64,000 nt of DNA from Octopus bimaculoides (lineage: Eukaryota): assembly GCF_001194135.2 (NCBI RefSeq), contig NC_068997.1:37552102-37616101 (forward strand), written 5' to 3'. Under the pieces are notes generated by a model. That model searched no databases. It worked only from the letters and a program-made list of their open reading frames with translations, and was not told the origin of the DNA. The position numbers were made by a program, and so were the translations under genes. Position 1 is the first letter of the stretch; each line of letters opens with the position of its first letter. Of this stretch, positions 49,908 to 64,000 are shown in pieces.

Positions 49908-50856
49908 ATAGGTAAAATTAATAAAATAAGAAAATGAAGAGTTAAAGATGTATATTTAATTTATTTGCAACATAGTTTGTTTTTAAGATATAAATATATA
50001 TATATTTTTAAGATATAAATATAGATAAATTTTTAAAAAACACAATAGAAGACTCACAAACCTACTTATGTTCTGATTGTAGCCCCTTGGTAATGCATAA
50101 TTCAAAACATTTAGGTTAAATCCAGTGTTAAGAATTTCAGTTGTAAGGGGTAGAATCCCTTCAGGGATCTTGTTTTAATGATAACGAGGGTTATGTCTTA
50201 CTTGTAGGAATTCAAATTCATAACTAAAAAGTTTCATATATATATATATATAGTGTGTATGTATTTGATAAGGAAATATATCCATTATGTAAAAAATATA
50301 TAAAATAAAGTAAAATACAATACACTTATTTAAAAATATACATTTCAATAATATGAATATTTAGAATATTGTTATATCTTTATGGGAAAATAATTATTTT
50401 CTCATAAAGATATAGCAATATTTTAAATATTCATATTATTCAAATGTATATTTTTAAATAAGTTTATTGTATTTTGCTTTGCTTTAAATTTATTTTTACA
50501 TAATTGATATATTTCCTTACCAAATACATACTATATATATGAAATAACATTTCAAACTTCTTTAGTTATGAATTTGAATTCCTACAACTAAGATGTAATT
50601 TTTGCCATTATTAAAACTAAATCCCTGAAGAGATTCTATCCCTTACAACTTAAATTCTTAACATTGGATTTAACTCAAATGTTTTGAATTATGCATTACC
50701 AAGGGGCAGGAATCGAAATATAAGTAGGTTTCTGAGTCTTCTAGTCTGTTTTTTAAAATTTTATTTGTATTTATATCTTAAAAACAAACTATGATGCAAA
50801 TAAATTAAATATACATCTTTAACTCTCCATTTTCTTATGTTATTAATTTTACTTAT
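49908..50856. repeat. ~950-bp near-perfect, loopless palindrome (foldback/MITE-like, TA at both ends)
   Basis: Centre AAAATAA|TTATTTT (50393/50394). Example: 50083-50112 is the exact 30-bp reverse complement of 50677-50706. Arms about 483 and 460 bp; the left arm carries a short tandem duplication. Confidence 0.95.
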
Positions 50857-50872
50857 ATATATTTGCGAGTGT

Positions 50873-50920
<48 letters not shown>

Positions 50921-50984
50921 NNNNNNNNNNNNNNNNNNNNNNNNNNNNNNNNNNNNNNNNNNNNNNNNNNNNNNNNNNNNNNNN

Positions 50985-51015
<31 letters not shown>

Positions 51016-54000
51016 TCTTGACAATTTTATATAAATAATGTAGACACATAAATATATAGGTAGATTTGTTCATGCTACCCAGTTATTTTATTATTGGAAA
51101 ATAGTCTAGATTTACAAGTTCAAACAAAATAGCTCTAAACTAATAAATTGCTCTTATGACTATTTTAATTTGGCTAAAAGTGTGTGCCATTCTATGATGA
51201 AATATGCTTAAACATATCGCTCATAATTCATGCATACAATTAAAATGGTGATCTCATTTAACCATTTGTACAAATATACATACAACGAAATGTCTCTTGG
51301 ACTTTAGTTTTCCTTAAACTATCACCGTTGTCAGGTGAAGTGAGACAGTACATTGATAGTGTATATAAATGATTGCAATTTTATTCTATTTCTGTTAGAG
51401 ACAATTTATATTTATATATTACTTCATGTGTGTAAATGTTTATCTCTTCTGATGTACACACACACATCATACCAAATCTCTCACACTCATGTGTTGTATA
51501 TATCAGGGTTTATTTCTTGGGGTTTCTTGATTCATTAATGAAATGTTTTCCAACAGCTGAGTCCATTTTAAATGGAAAAAAATCTAAAACTTCTTACATC
51601 TATTTAAAAACGTAAATGGCTTATTTTCTATTATTCTTTTCTATGATCAAGCTGTGCCAGATTTAAATCAGATTGCTGTTGAAATGTAAGCGACCAAAGA
51701 GACTAAAAAAAAAAAATTATTTAAAACTTTCTACAATTTGGTATTGTGTTGATAGATGATTTCTTTGTCAGCTCTTTATTTCTTGTGGCTGGGGTATGTT
51801 AATTAAAGTTATTTGCGAAGAAAGAAAAAAAACAGCAAACAAACAAACAAACAAAAAAAGAACAAAGATCATTTACTTTTCTTTGAGGATATCACTTATA
51901 GAAAATATCTAATAGTTAAAATTGAATCTATTTGATGAATAACTGTAAACTAAAATTGAATTTATGATACTGATAAATACAGTATTATTTTTATATTATA
52001 ATTTGATGGGAGGAGCAAATTTTGTACTATTTCTTTAATTTTTGTAGTTTTTGCAAAATTAATTTGATAGTACTAGATGATATTTTCAGATTTAGTAGTA
52101 TGAAATAAAATAAATTCAAAATGGTCAACATACCATTTCATTCCTTGTTGTAAATAAAGGGATGTAAATTAACTGTCAATAATATTTTGTTTTTTGTCTT
52201 CTCAAAAAGCATTCCTGTAAAGCACTTGTAACTACACCTTGATATCAATCACCATTTCATAATATTGTGAATGTAAACAAAACCTTTATCTTTTCTAACA
52301 TAAAATAATATTTCAGCTCAAAATATGTTTAGTTTGAAAATTAATTAATTATTGGAGTCATGGGCCAATACTCATCTTTAAAAAATATTGATTATAAATA
52401 TTTCTATTGTTAAAACTATTAGTTATCTGTGTAAATTTGACAACTTACGTTTGATAAAGCATGGTGCACCACAGTCCCTTTGATCTCTTAGAAGAAGCTA
52501 CATGTGAACAATCAAAACTGAGGTATTTCTTTTGAATTCTATAATCTTCAAGGAATATATTATTTAAAAAATTAGGTTTATATCCATTTGAACTATCTGC
52601 ACTGTAGTTGCCTAATGGTTGTGTGGTTTGTAAATTTCTAGTTGGTTCTTCTTGGTAAAGAATGATTAAAATAAATTCTTTTACTCTTCAAAAGTCTTCT
52701 TATTTATCTGATAGTAGTAGTTTAAAATTTGAACATTTGCTCAACTTATTTTTCCATTCTGTCTTCCTTAAAAATGTATAAATTCTTTCTTGTAAAAATT
52801 TGTTTCAAAAATAAATTATCAGTATGGTTGTTAAGAATGGATGTTATAAAACAAGAAAGATTATAAATAAAATATTGAGAAGATTATTTTTTTATCTTTG
52901 TGCCAAATATGGGATGTATTTGTTATTTTGATGTATGAATTTTGCAAATAATTTATCCCAAGTAGATCATATTGACTATTTTATACATTTTAGAATTTCT
53001 ATAATAATTATCAACTTAAAATTTGATATCGCACACTTGAAATGTGTTGATTCATGTAAGCAATAAATCTATTCAATCTAACGGTAGCAAGGAAAAAAAA
53101 TTAAGACTTCTGAGTTTTTAAAAGTTTTATCACTTTTATTTTGTCTTATTGCTTTCTAATTGTGATACCTTTGTGTGATATCTTTGTGATATTTTGTTAT
53201 GTCAAGTGTTGTCTGTTGCATTTCTTGTCTGCATTGTTAAATTTAGTTAATATTGTTTGTACTATATGCAAAAATCCATGTAGTAGCTATAGAAGTAGTA
53301 AATATTCAGTTTGACAAAATTACCATTATGAATGGGCTCAGCTCTCATTAATACTTAACAAAAATGTGTGCTCAGCAACAATTGCATTATTTTTTAAATT
53401 GCAGTCTATCAACATTTTTATTCTCTTTCCCATTAAATTACAGTTCATATATTTTGTTGTATGTTCTCCTTTTTAGTGTTGTCCATTTACTTCATGATTT
53501 ACATTTCAGAATAGTATGTAATATTACTATTCTGAGAGTATTCAGTTTTATTTTAAATTTATTGTTGTTAATAACATTATTTTTGCACTGTCTTATGAGA
53601 GTGATCTTTGGTTATTTATTGGCTCCATTTGGCAGAGAAATACAGAGTTAAAGTATTAATTAAAGAAATTGTTATTGCTGGAAATAAAACTACAAGTAAC
53701 GTGATGGACAGAAATATCAATTTTCAATGACAGATTATGTTAAGATATGTTTTGTTTTCCCAGAACAGAAAATATCACTTTACAAAAACAAAAAAAAACA
53801 AAAAAAACAAGTAAACCAATAAATAAATACAGAAAAAAAAAGAAGAAAAAAAAAGAAAAGAGCAACAAAAAACAAAAAAAAGCTGTCAAAATAAAAAAAA
53901 ACAAAAGCAAAACTATAAATATTATATTCTTCAAGTTGGGATAAATAGTCTATTCAAATGTTTATCAGGTTGATGATAGTAATGATGCTGATGGTTGTGG

Positions 54001-55850
54001 TAGTAGTCTTGATGTTGGTGAAGAGGATGATTACAATGATAATTATGTTGAAGACTAATAAAAAAAAAATAGATATCAATACTAACTACATATATTTACA
54101 TTATATTTTTTGCCTGTAAGTTTTTTTTTAGTCTTTCATCATTAAAATTCTATAAAGATCCCTCACTAATGGAAACAAAATTTGGCTTTGAAAGACTATC
54201 AAAATGTTTTCTCTCCATTTAAATGATCACATAATGCTTAATAAACATAAAACAAAAACTAAATGTGAGTTGTAAATCACCACAAATGTACAGCTATCAA
54301 TGTAAATTGTGCAAAACACTGTTCCTGAATATCTTTTTTGTGTCTTCTGAAATAGATTCTTCTATCGAAATCTCAGAAAATAATTTTATTGGTTAACTTT
54401 TCATTATGTACTTTTATTATTTATATTAAGGAATGAAATAGGTATTCACTTTCAAATTTTCACATTTTTCTCTAATTATAATTTTTGTAATTGTATTTTA
54501 CATAAAATGTATTTTGATATTTTATACTTATTTATGGAAATTGAAACATGAAATATTCTCTGCTTGTGTATTCAAGAAATTCAATTGGTTAAATGAGATC
54601 CTGTGATAATTCATGAGCCAATGAAAATCTATGCATTGCACTTCGCCTTAGAAGCACCAGCTCTTTTACAATTTTTTTTTCTTCTTAAGCTAGTTTGCTG
54701 CATTATGCCTTATGATGAGGGAGTAAAGTCATACCAAGGAGTCAAAATAGAATAGAACTAGGCATTCTCACCATATATTAGATAAATTTAAATTAAGTAC
54801 TTACGAATTTGACTATATTAGATATATAAACCTCTAAGTGTAAGTTTGTACTGTTGTAAGTGTATGTACATATATATATGTGTGTGTGTATGTATATATA
54901 TATATACATATATGTATGTGTGTATGTATATATACATACATGCATGTATCTGTGTGTGTATGCATATATATATATATATATATATANNNNNNNNNNNNNN
55001 NNNNNNNNNNNNNNNNNNNNNNNNNNNNNNNNNNNNNNNNNNNNNNNNNNNNNNNNNNNNNNNNNNNNNNNNNNNNNNNNNNNNNNNNNNNNNNNNNNNN
55101 NNNNNNNNNNNNNNNNNNNNNNNNNNNNNNNNNNNNNNNNNNNNNNNNNNNNNNNNNNNNNNNNNNNNNNNNNNNNNNNNNNNNNNNNNNNNNNNNNNNN
55201 NNNNNNNNNNNNNNNNNNNNNNNNNNNNNNNNNNNNNNNNNNNNNNNNNNNNNNNNNNNNNNNNNNNNNNNNNNNNNNNNNNNNNNNNNNNNNNNNNNNN
55301 NNNNNNNNNNNNNNNNNNNNNNNNNNNNNNNNNNNNNNNNNNNNNNNNNNNNNNNNNNNNNNNNNNNNNNNNNNNNNNNNNNNNNNNNNNNNNNNNNNNN
55401 NNNNNNNNNNNNNNNNNNNNNNNNNNNNNNNNNNNNNNNNNNNNNNNNNNNNNNNNNNNNNNNNNNNNNNNNNNNNNNNNNNNNNNNNNNNNNNNNNNNN
55501 NNNNNNNNNNNNNNNNNNNNNNNNNNNNNNNNNNNNNNNNNNNNNNNNNNNNNNNNNNNNNNNNNNNNNNNNNNNNNNNNNNNNNNNNNNNNNNNNNNNN
55601 NNNNNNNNNNNNNNNNNNNNNNNNNNNNNNNNNNNNNNNNNNNNNNNNNNNNNNNNNNNNNNNNNNNNNNNNNNNNNNNNNNNNNNNNNNNNNNNNNNNN
55701 NNNNNNNNNNNNNNNNNNNNNNNNNNNNNNNNNNNNNNNNNNNNNNNNNNNNNNNNNNNNNNNNNNNNNNNNNNNNNNNNNNNNNNNNNNNNNNNNNNNN
55801 NNNNNNNNNNNNNNNNNNNNNNNNNNNNNNNNNNNNNNNNNNNNNNNNNN

Positions 55851-55918
<68 letters not shown>

Positions 55919-58900
55919 CAATGGTCCTTCGCACAATTTCCATCAAGCAAATTTTAACCAGGAGCTATTGGTCAAGTAGAGGCTATGGCTATAGCAGTGA
56001 AATTGAATTCCAAACCATGTTATCCATGTCTCTATTCACGTATATGTGTGTGTGTGTGTGTGTGTATGTATATATATGTATATATGTGTGTGTGTGTGTA
56101 TGTATATGTGTGCATGTGGATATATATGCATACACACACATACATATATATATATAATGAGAAAGGGGACAAAGAAAGAATGAGAGAGCGAGAATATATA
56201 TACATATATATATATATANNNNNNNNNNNNNNNNNNNNNNNNNNNNNNNNNNNNNNNNNNNNNNNNNNNNNNNNNNNNNNNNNNNNNNNNNNNNNNNNNN
56301 NNNNNNNNNNNNNNNNNNNNNNNNNNNNNNNNNNNNNNNNNNNNNNNNNNNNNNNNNNNNNNNNNNNNNNNNNNNNNNNNNNNNNNNNNNNNNNNNNNNN
56401 NNNNNNNNNNNNNNNNNNNNNNNNNNNNNNNNNNNNNNNNNNNNNNNNNNNNNNNNNNNNNNNNNNNNNNNNNNNNNNNNNNNNNNNNNNNNNNNNNNNN
56501 NNNNNNNNNNNNNNNNNNNNNNNNNNNNNNNNNNNNNNNNNNNNNNNNNNNNNNNNNNNNNNNNNNNNNNNNNNNNNNNNNNNNNNNNNNNNNNNNNNNN
56601 NNNNNNNNNNNNNNNNNNNNNNNNNNNNNNNNNNNNNNNNNNNNNNNNNNNNNNNNNNNNNNNNNNNNNNNNNNNNNNNNNNNNNNNNNNNNNNNNNNNN
56701 NNNNNNNNNNNNNNNNNNNNNNNNNNNNNNNNNNNNNNNNNNNNNNNNNNNNNNNNNNNNNNNNNNNNNNNNNNNNNNNNNNNNNNNNNNNNNNNNNNNN
56801 NNNNNNNNNNNNNNNNNNNNNNNNNNNNNNNNNNNNNNNNNNNNNNNNNNNNNNNNNNNNNNNNNNNNNNNNNNNNNNNNNNNNNNNNNNNNNNNNNNNN
56901 NNNNNNNNNNNNNNNNNNNNNNNNNNNNNNNNNNNNNNNNNNNNNNNNNNNNNNNNNNNNNNNNNNNNNNNNNNNNNNNNNNNNNNNNNNNNNNNNNNNN
57001 NNNNNNNNNNNNNNNNNNNNNNNNNNNNNNNNNNNNNNNNNNNNNNNNNNNNNNNNNNNNNNNNNNNNNNNNNNNNNNNNNNNNNNNNNNNNNNNNNNNN
57101 NNNNNNNNNNNNNNNNNNNNNNNNNNNNNNNNNNNNNNNNNNNNNNNNNNNNNNNNNNNNNNNNNNNNNNNNNNNNNNNNNNNNNNNNNNNNNNNNNNNN
57201 NNNNNNNNNNNNNNNNTATATATATATATATATATGAACATAAATTCTATCATCTTTTAAAATATCATTTTTTCTTTTCTTTAATAGGTTATGGCTTTGA
57301 TCTTGTGCAATTATGACAAATTGTTAAATAATGGGGGTTGTGAACATTTCAGCTTGTTCTTTCCTTCTAAGGACTAACATCAGCTGATGTACATCTTTTG
57401 AACCAAGTTTGTGCCTTTTTGCAATGCATTCCCTTTTCTAGTAGATTGATTGTCAATTGACGACAGCACTGCATGTGCAATAAAGACACAAGCCCTATCA
57501 AAGCAAACATACCTTTACAAATATAACTTATTTTTATAAAACAATTTGAAATCAAGAATAGAGTTAAAATTATAATGGATTTCTATTAGAAACATTGATC
57601 TCTTGAAGAATGTTGAAGATTTTTCATTTTGAAAACCACTGACAATCCAGAGAAAATTTCATTAAAATTTTCTGAAATGGACAGTGCTCATCTTGCTGTC
57701 AACTAGTATAGAAACTGGTATTCAGACTGCTATTAAACATATGAATTATTTAATATTTATTAAAGTTCAGAAAAATGTTCAGTTTTGTTAATACTATATT
57801 TTGTCTTCAGAAATCATTATTAAATAATCATATTAGTAAAAAGAAAAGAAAAAAAAAGAAAGCAAAATGTGTAAAAGGAAAGCAATAGAGAGCCTAAATG
57901 TTGTTCAAGTCATGATTACTCTACATTGATTCAAATACTAAAATTAACTTAGTGATGTTTCTAAGCAAAGAAGTTAACTGAAGTTTCATAAATGAAAGCA
58001 AAAGTCATTAAGAAGTCTTATTCATTTTTACTAGTTTGCAATGTCTTGCTTTTTAAGATATTTATATTTTAAAGTTTGGGACTTGAAAATTATTTAGCAA
58101 TCTTTAATTTGAATTTAATTTTTAATACCTATTTTCAATAGTTTAGAAATTGACTTTCCTTCTGTACCTCTTCTAAAGAGAACTAGTAAAATTTAAAATA
58201 AGGATGCCACTGTTTCAATAACTGTGGCCTTTACAAATGTTGTGTGTTCCTACTTTACACTTCTAGACATCATGAATGCTTGTGACCATCAGTTTTTATT
58301 TGTATCCTGCACTAACTTTTATTTTAACTTTTGGTCCTAATAATTTACTTTCTTCAAACAATAATATTTAAATCATAATCTGTTGTTATTCCATTTCATA
58401 TAATTTTTAAAAACCTATTTTAATTGTTATCATTTATATTTCTGGTCTGCACAGTTATTTTCATTATTTTTTATTGCATTGTTGCATGTGGAATTTGACT
58501 ATTAGGTTGGAGCTATGCCACTCTCAATCTGCCTTGTCTTGCTGTTGTGCATGTGATCAAGCACATTGTCATGCCACATGCAGACACATTTTTTTGTTAA
58601 AAGAGCTACATTTAACTGGTCATTTCACAAAATACATTTTAATACAAATTCTTACATAAGCATATAACTGTAAAGCCATATGAAAACAAAAGAATTTAAA
58701 AAAAACATGTAAAGTCTTTTTAAAATTAAATTAATATTTCATCTTTTTTTTAATATATATCCTTTTGAGTAGAGGTATATTTAATTATCTAAAACATTCT
58801 ATAGCAGTATTTAAAAAATGACAAATATAAATGATCTCAGCAAAATTTCATTTGACTTTCTACACCTTAAAATGAAAAATTGCACTAAATATATTTCTAA

Positions 58901-60049
58901 TTAATATTAATAGCTATGATATTATAACCCATTATAGTTAATTAAATTTAATGCTGTATATGACAATAATATCATAGTAAGATTTTATTTCATAATTTTA
59001 AATCCAATTATATGAACAGCTGTACATTAAGATTTTCTAAAATAAAATTGATATTTTAATTTAAATTTTGCAATTAATTGCATTACAAATGATTATACAA
59101 TCCAAAATATATTGTATAATATCCAGATATTTAAATAACTGGAGTTAGATGCTACAAGATTATTGCTCCCATATAAAAGAAAACTATTATTTTAAAATCT
59201 TTATTCATACACATGATATGTATTAAAATTTTTATAATGATTATATTATTGATTTTAAAGTAGATAAAGTTTTTTCTTTTTGTATGGGATTTATAATTCA
59301 TAAGTATTTTATTTTAAGGAAAAATAATTTTTGTCTCAAAATAATTTTTTCCAAAAGTGTTTTACCAAATTTTTTTTTTTTNNNNNNNNNNAAATTTATT
59401 TTTTTTTTCATGTAATGTCAAATATTTTTGTTCATTTTAATGAAATGTATTATTTCTTTTCCTTAAACTATAAACATTTTCTGAAATGCTTTAGTAGATT
59501 GATGATAAATAACGTACAAAATGTTTATATAGCTCAAGTATGTTATATTAGTTAAAAGTAAATTTTGGTTTTAAATATTTAGATTAAAATTATTCACCAA
59601 AATACCAGTATTATTATGTAAAAGATTATTATTTTATTTTTTCTTATTCTAAGTTAATGTTCAGGTATTTTTTATAGATAAATATGAATTTGTTAGTTTT
59701 TTTCTGAAAAGCAAAGCTAGAATAATTATTGTGATTTCTCTGTATTATTATTTTGAATGAATTAAATTTAATGAAGAGTGCAAATTCATATAGTATTTAT
59801 TTAAACATTCTGGATATAAATACACAGGAATATAATTATGTTTATGCACACTATTATAAATAAATATATAATGGAAATGATGCAATATGTGTGTGTGTGT
59901 GTGTGTGTGTGTATTATTGAGATAAAATACTATTGGTTATGATATATAACTATCCAGAATGTTACCATCAGTTTTGTGTTCAATACTGATGACTATTCCA
60001 ACGTTCTGGCTGGAAGTGCATAGTCTCAGTAGGCTAGTGCTTATATACG

Positions 60050-60300
60050 CCTGGCCAACCTGTCTTTAGAGTTGCTAATATTGTCTTGTGGTAAGGTAGT
60101 GAGTGAGCCAGCAGAATTGTTACTGTGCTGGACAAAATGCTTAGCAGCATTTCTTCCAACCTTGTGTTCTGAGGTGGACTTTGCCTTTCTTCCTTTCAGG
60201 GTTAACATAAGTATCAATTGAACACTGGGGTTTATGTAATCTACTTAGCCCCACTCCTGTAATTGCTGGCTCTGTGTGAAAATTTGAAACAATATTTGGT
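60050..60300 (-). mobile_element. SINE family C body and tail
   Basis: GTTCTGAGGTGGACTTTGCCTTTCTTCCTTTCAGGG...CACTGGGGTTTATGTAATCTACTTAGCCCC...AATTTGAAACAATATT; reverse complement of the tail type at 17043. Confidence 0.65.
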
Positions 60301-60439
60301 GTGAAACTGATGACAACATTCAGATCAATAATATCCCATAGCCAGTAATAAATATATTGTTTGATGATATAAAAATATATCTGTCCTATAATGTTGAATG
60401 TGCTTTTATTTCTGACATATGGACTAACTGGTAATACAT

Positions 60440-60536
60440 AGACACTTACATATATACATACTACATATGTACATGCATACATACATGCATGCATACATAC
60501 ATGCATACATACATACATATATACATACATACATAT

Positions 60537-60573
<37 letters not shown>

Positions 60574-60665
60574 CACATATGTATGTATGTATACATACAA
60601 ACACAGACACATTTATGTATGTGTGTGTATATGTATATATGTATATATCATATATACACACACAT
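60440..60665. repeat. (TACA)/(CA)/(TA) compound microsatellite
   Basis: Directly visible. Confidence 0.9.
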
Positions 60666-61676
60666 ATAGTGCTGTGCCATGCAAACATTCTAATACTATA
60701 ACTGAATAATGGTGGTATGAAAAATTGTTTTCTATTTAGCAACGTAAAGTGTTTCTATTTCGTATGTTTTTGTTTAGAATTTTAGTTTTATATGTTTTAT
60801 TATTTCCTGTCTCTGAGAAGTGATTCAGAGGTGATTCAGAATATATGTGTGTATGTGTGTTGTTGGGCAATGATCCAGAGAAGGAGTATTCAGTATAAAT
60901 GAGGAATGCAATAGATTAAGCTAATCAAGTGGCCTGTTACACTGGTGTTCCCGTGGCATGCCACTGCTTCATCAGAACTGTTCCCACTGTAGAAACTCCA
61001 GAGCAAGAAACCATTAGATCAGCTTAAATCAACAAAAAACACTACAGACGTTTGTGTGTATGTGTGTGTGAGTGTGTGTATGTATGTATGTATGTATGTG
61101 TGTGTGTGTGTGTGTGTCTATGTATATATATATATATATATATATACTAGCTGAGTATCCCATTGTTTCCAGGCAATTTTCATTATAAAATGCCTTGGCA
61201 GACTTTGGGATTTTACAATAGTGCACTCACGTATGTATGTAGTCTATAATTTTTGCATGCATGATTTATCTTTGTATGTTCTCAAGTTGCATTAAAATTC
61301 TTTTCTTGATGCTGTTGACACTGTTGGATGATGTGGTGTTGCTTCTGATGTTGAAACCACGAAGATCCCCGAACAAGCAGCTGAAGATAGTGTATTCTAT
61401 TTTTATATAGTGTCTGCTTTTTTTTTTTTTTTTCACATTGTTGTCTCTATTCTTTGTCACTGTTGGTAGTTCCACTACTAATTTCAGAGATTTTGTTGTT
61501 TCATCTAACAGGTTGTTAGAATACTGTCAAGATGCTATTTGTGATGGATAATAGATTTTTGTAAGGATAGTTTTGTTTGGGTCTTTTCTTGTTTATAACA
61601 GATGCGAAGTATATACATATGTATGTATGTATGTATGTATATATATATTTTGAAAACAGTTTTTTATATTCCCACT

Positions 61677-61707
<31 letters not shown>

Positions 61708-62625
61708 TTTGTATGCATATTTATGAGGTTAAATGCAAATGAGCTAAGTGAAATAATCCTAATTGTTTTGTGGCATGGATATAAACTGCAAAAGCAAATA
61801 AGGATAGAAATACTGAAATACTATACAAATGAGATTCTTGATTCATTGAAATTATTTTCTCTTAGAGAGAAGAATAAGCAAATGTCTTTTTGCTAGCCAT
61901 GACTAATTGTAAATGGAATGGGAAAAATAATCTAAAGATTCAAGAATCCTTCAAAATTGATATGCCATTAAGGAGAGGACACTGGTTGTCTAGAGGAAAT
62001 ATGTAGGCACTGTTACAGGTGTCATGATGACAGTAGTCATCAAATCCAGCAGATGAAATACTTAGACAAATACAAAAAGAACAGAAAGCATTTATGGCTT
62101 ATGTTAATATGCATGATGCAAGTGAAATGTGCTAAGAGAAATAACTCAGAGTGGCATGGATATATACAATAAAGACAAAAAGAGTTATATATAGATACAT
62201 GAATATATTTTCAAATAAGTAGTAAAAATTAGGTTCATTCTTTCATTACCCATATATTGATGCATATTTCCAGTTTTTTAAACATTTAACAAACAAAAGA
62301 CAAGTTTCTCTCTGTGCATTTGATACTTGTTTATTACAGGTAATTTTTTTCCCTTTAATTTCTCTCTGTGAGAAGTGATTCAGAATTGAATATGTTACTC
62401 AGAGTCTCACTAGAATATGTTCAGCTTATATCACTTAAATAACAACAGATGAGCTGGCAATCAGATAATTTATCCACTGGTCATTTTGCTAATACAAAGA
62501 GAAACAATTAAAAAATGCATTACTTTAATAAAAATGTTATTTAGATTGCAAAACAAAATTTTCATATTCTCATGTTTGAAAAATATATCAGTTTATATAT
62601 ATACATGCACACACATATATATCAC

Positions 62626-62691
<66 letters not shown>

Positions 62692-64000
62692 AGTGTGTAT
62701 TTGTGTGTGTATTTTCAAACTACCTCATTTGTTATTTTGTTATGAAGAAAGCACTTCTTTAATCTTAGTTTTATTATTTATTGGCTATATATGGCAATCC
62801 ATAAAATCCTAATAACCCTTTAATTTTTCATTGTGGTATGTGCAATATCAAAACATTATCTTCTCTGCTTTTCTATAGATTACATTCTGATAAAAGTCAT
62901 CCTATTTTCATTAATATATATTTTTTATTATGGTAAGTTTTTTATAATACAGTAACTTGGAGAAATAAATCTGTGATCCAGTTTTGTTTCCCACTTGAAA
63001 TTTCTTTAATTATGTTATTAATGCCTCTCAGAGAGGCATTAACATCAGAACTTCCCATATTCCACTTTTTTTTTTAATTATTTTCAAAAATCTATATTAA
63101 GTGTAAATTGTACTTTACATTTAGTTCTATGACCTGAGATTGCTAGTTCTGAAATGAAAATGTGTCTGCTTGGCAAATTACTGGAAGTTGATTGAATCAT
63201 GATGTATTTGTTACAAGGAGAGTTATTTTGATTGTTTCCATTTATTCTGAATATTTCTATTACTGGTCCTGGAGCACTGCAAAGATAACAATTAAGTGTA
63301 AATCAGACAGCTATATGAATGTACTGCCAAAGATGGAATAAATTTTGATTATTTATCAACAATATTTTATTTTTTGAAATTTATTTTAAAACTTTATGTT
63401 CAATTCATTGAGAAAATTTCACTCTTCAAAAAAGTGCAAAAAGGTCTAATGTGCCACCTGTTTTAAAACTATCAGCCCAGCATTGAAGATAACATGATTT
63501 GACATGCTCATTCTGACTGTATTTTTCCTTGTGTAGTGTTACTGTTAGTCAGAAGATATAAGTGGAAAAGACTTCATAGTGGATACCAAAGGCCAGAGAG
63601 GACCAGGATGCAGCTACATTGGTAATGCCTTAATAAACTGCTCTATTAACTGATAGCCATGCATTCTTCTTTTCCTTCAGAAAGCACAAAATTTCAAGAT
63701 ACTCACTGAAACCAACAACTTCTTATAGACATCAAAGTGGCAGTTTCCAATGACTCCTGATTTGTAGTTTCATTTACCTCTTTAATAAAAATTACATAAA
63801 TAAGAAAGTGCTGCAACTTTGGAATTAAAAGAAATCTTCTTGATAATTCTCCCTCCCCTATACTAACTATATGTTTTACAGGGATTCTTTGGGAAACCCC
63901 CATAGTGTGTCCTCTCATCAAAAAGGCAACTTCTGATCCTGTTATTGCATCTATTATCAGCAAGACCTTCAGTCATGTCTGGTCTTGGGATCTTCTAAAT

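Noticed and set aside
53740-53944. Poly-Lys / poly-Phe ORFs
   Set aside because: An A-rich low-complexity tract, not coding.
61144-61260. ATACTAGCTGAGTATCCC... resembling a Helitron/Helentron-like terminus; CACGG-start sequence near 36653 resembling a DNA transposon end
   Set aside because: No matching opposite end could be identified (the second runs into a gap).
60815-62384. 15-mer GAGAAGTGATTCAGA repeated at 60815 and 62370, each after a pyrimidine tract
   Set aside because: Only two copies with no further alignment, so there is too little support for a function.
63860-64000. Strong acceptor (TACTAAC...TTTTACAG|G) with a frame open to the window end, and the minus-strand 86-aa ORF 63703-63963
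   Set aside because: The plus frame WETPIVCPLIKKATSDP..IASIISKTF resembles the CR1/L2 RT motif WK.A.V.P..KKG..SDP.NYRPI.L.S.ISK, so it is more likely a LINE relic. The minus ORF has no recognisable features. Unresolved at the window edge.

Overview
AT-rich, microsatellite- and transposon-dense eukaryotic DNA with about 10 assembly gaps. The SINE, RTE and mariner repertoire looks like an Octopus genome (inference). There are no prokaryotic features. The only host coding sequence I can support is the 3' end of a poly(rC)-binding protein gene (PCBP/hnRNP E, Drosophila mub orthologue) on the + strand. It has a long terminal exon at 46886-47138 (S-MEMHKNL...FTAKM...KKVERAKFAPY*, PCBP4/mub-like tail) and a second terminal exon at 48309-48345 (R-ITTEVCGMGIR*, PCBP1-3-like tail). 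Both need the same phase-2 donor after KH3. I found no KH-domain exon in the window, so 1-46.9 kb is probably one very large last intron (or the exon is hidden in a gap). That intron holds decayed Penelope-like elements (one with an intact-looking minimal hammerhead ribozyme), RTE LINEs, an RLE (R4/Dong-like) LINE, a CR1/L2-like relic, two mariners (one TIR-bounded with a nested Helentron-type element), a maT-like transposon, a piggyBac-type MITE and many modular SINEs. A ~950-bp near-perfect palindrome lies 1.5 kb downstream of the last coding exon. Repeat boundaries are read by eye and approximate (about +/-20-50 bp) unless exact motif coordinates are given. Family and protein similarities are recalled from knowledge, not from database searches.
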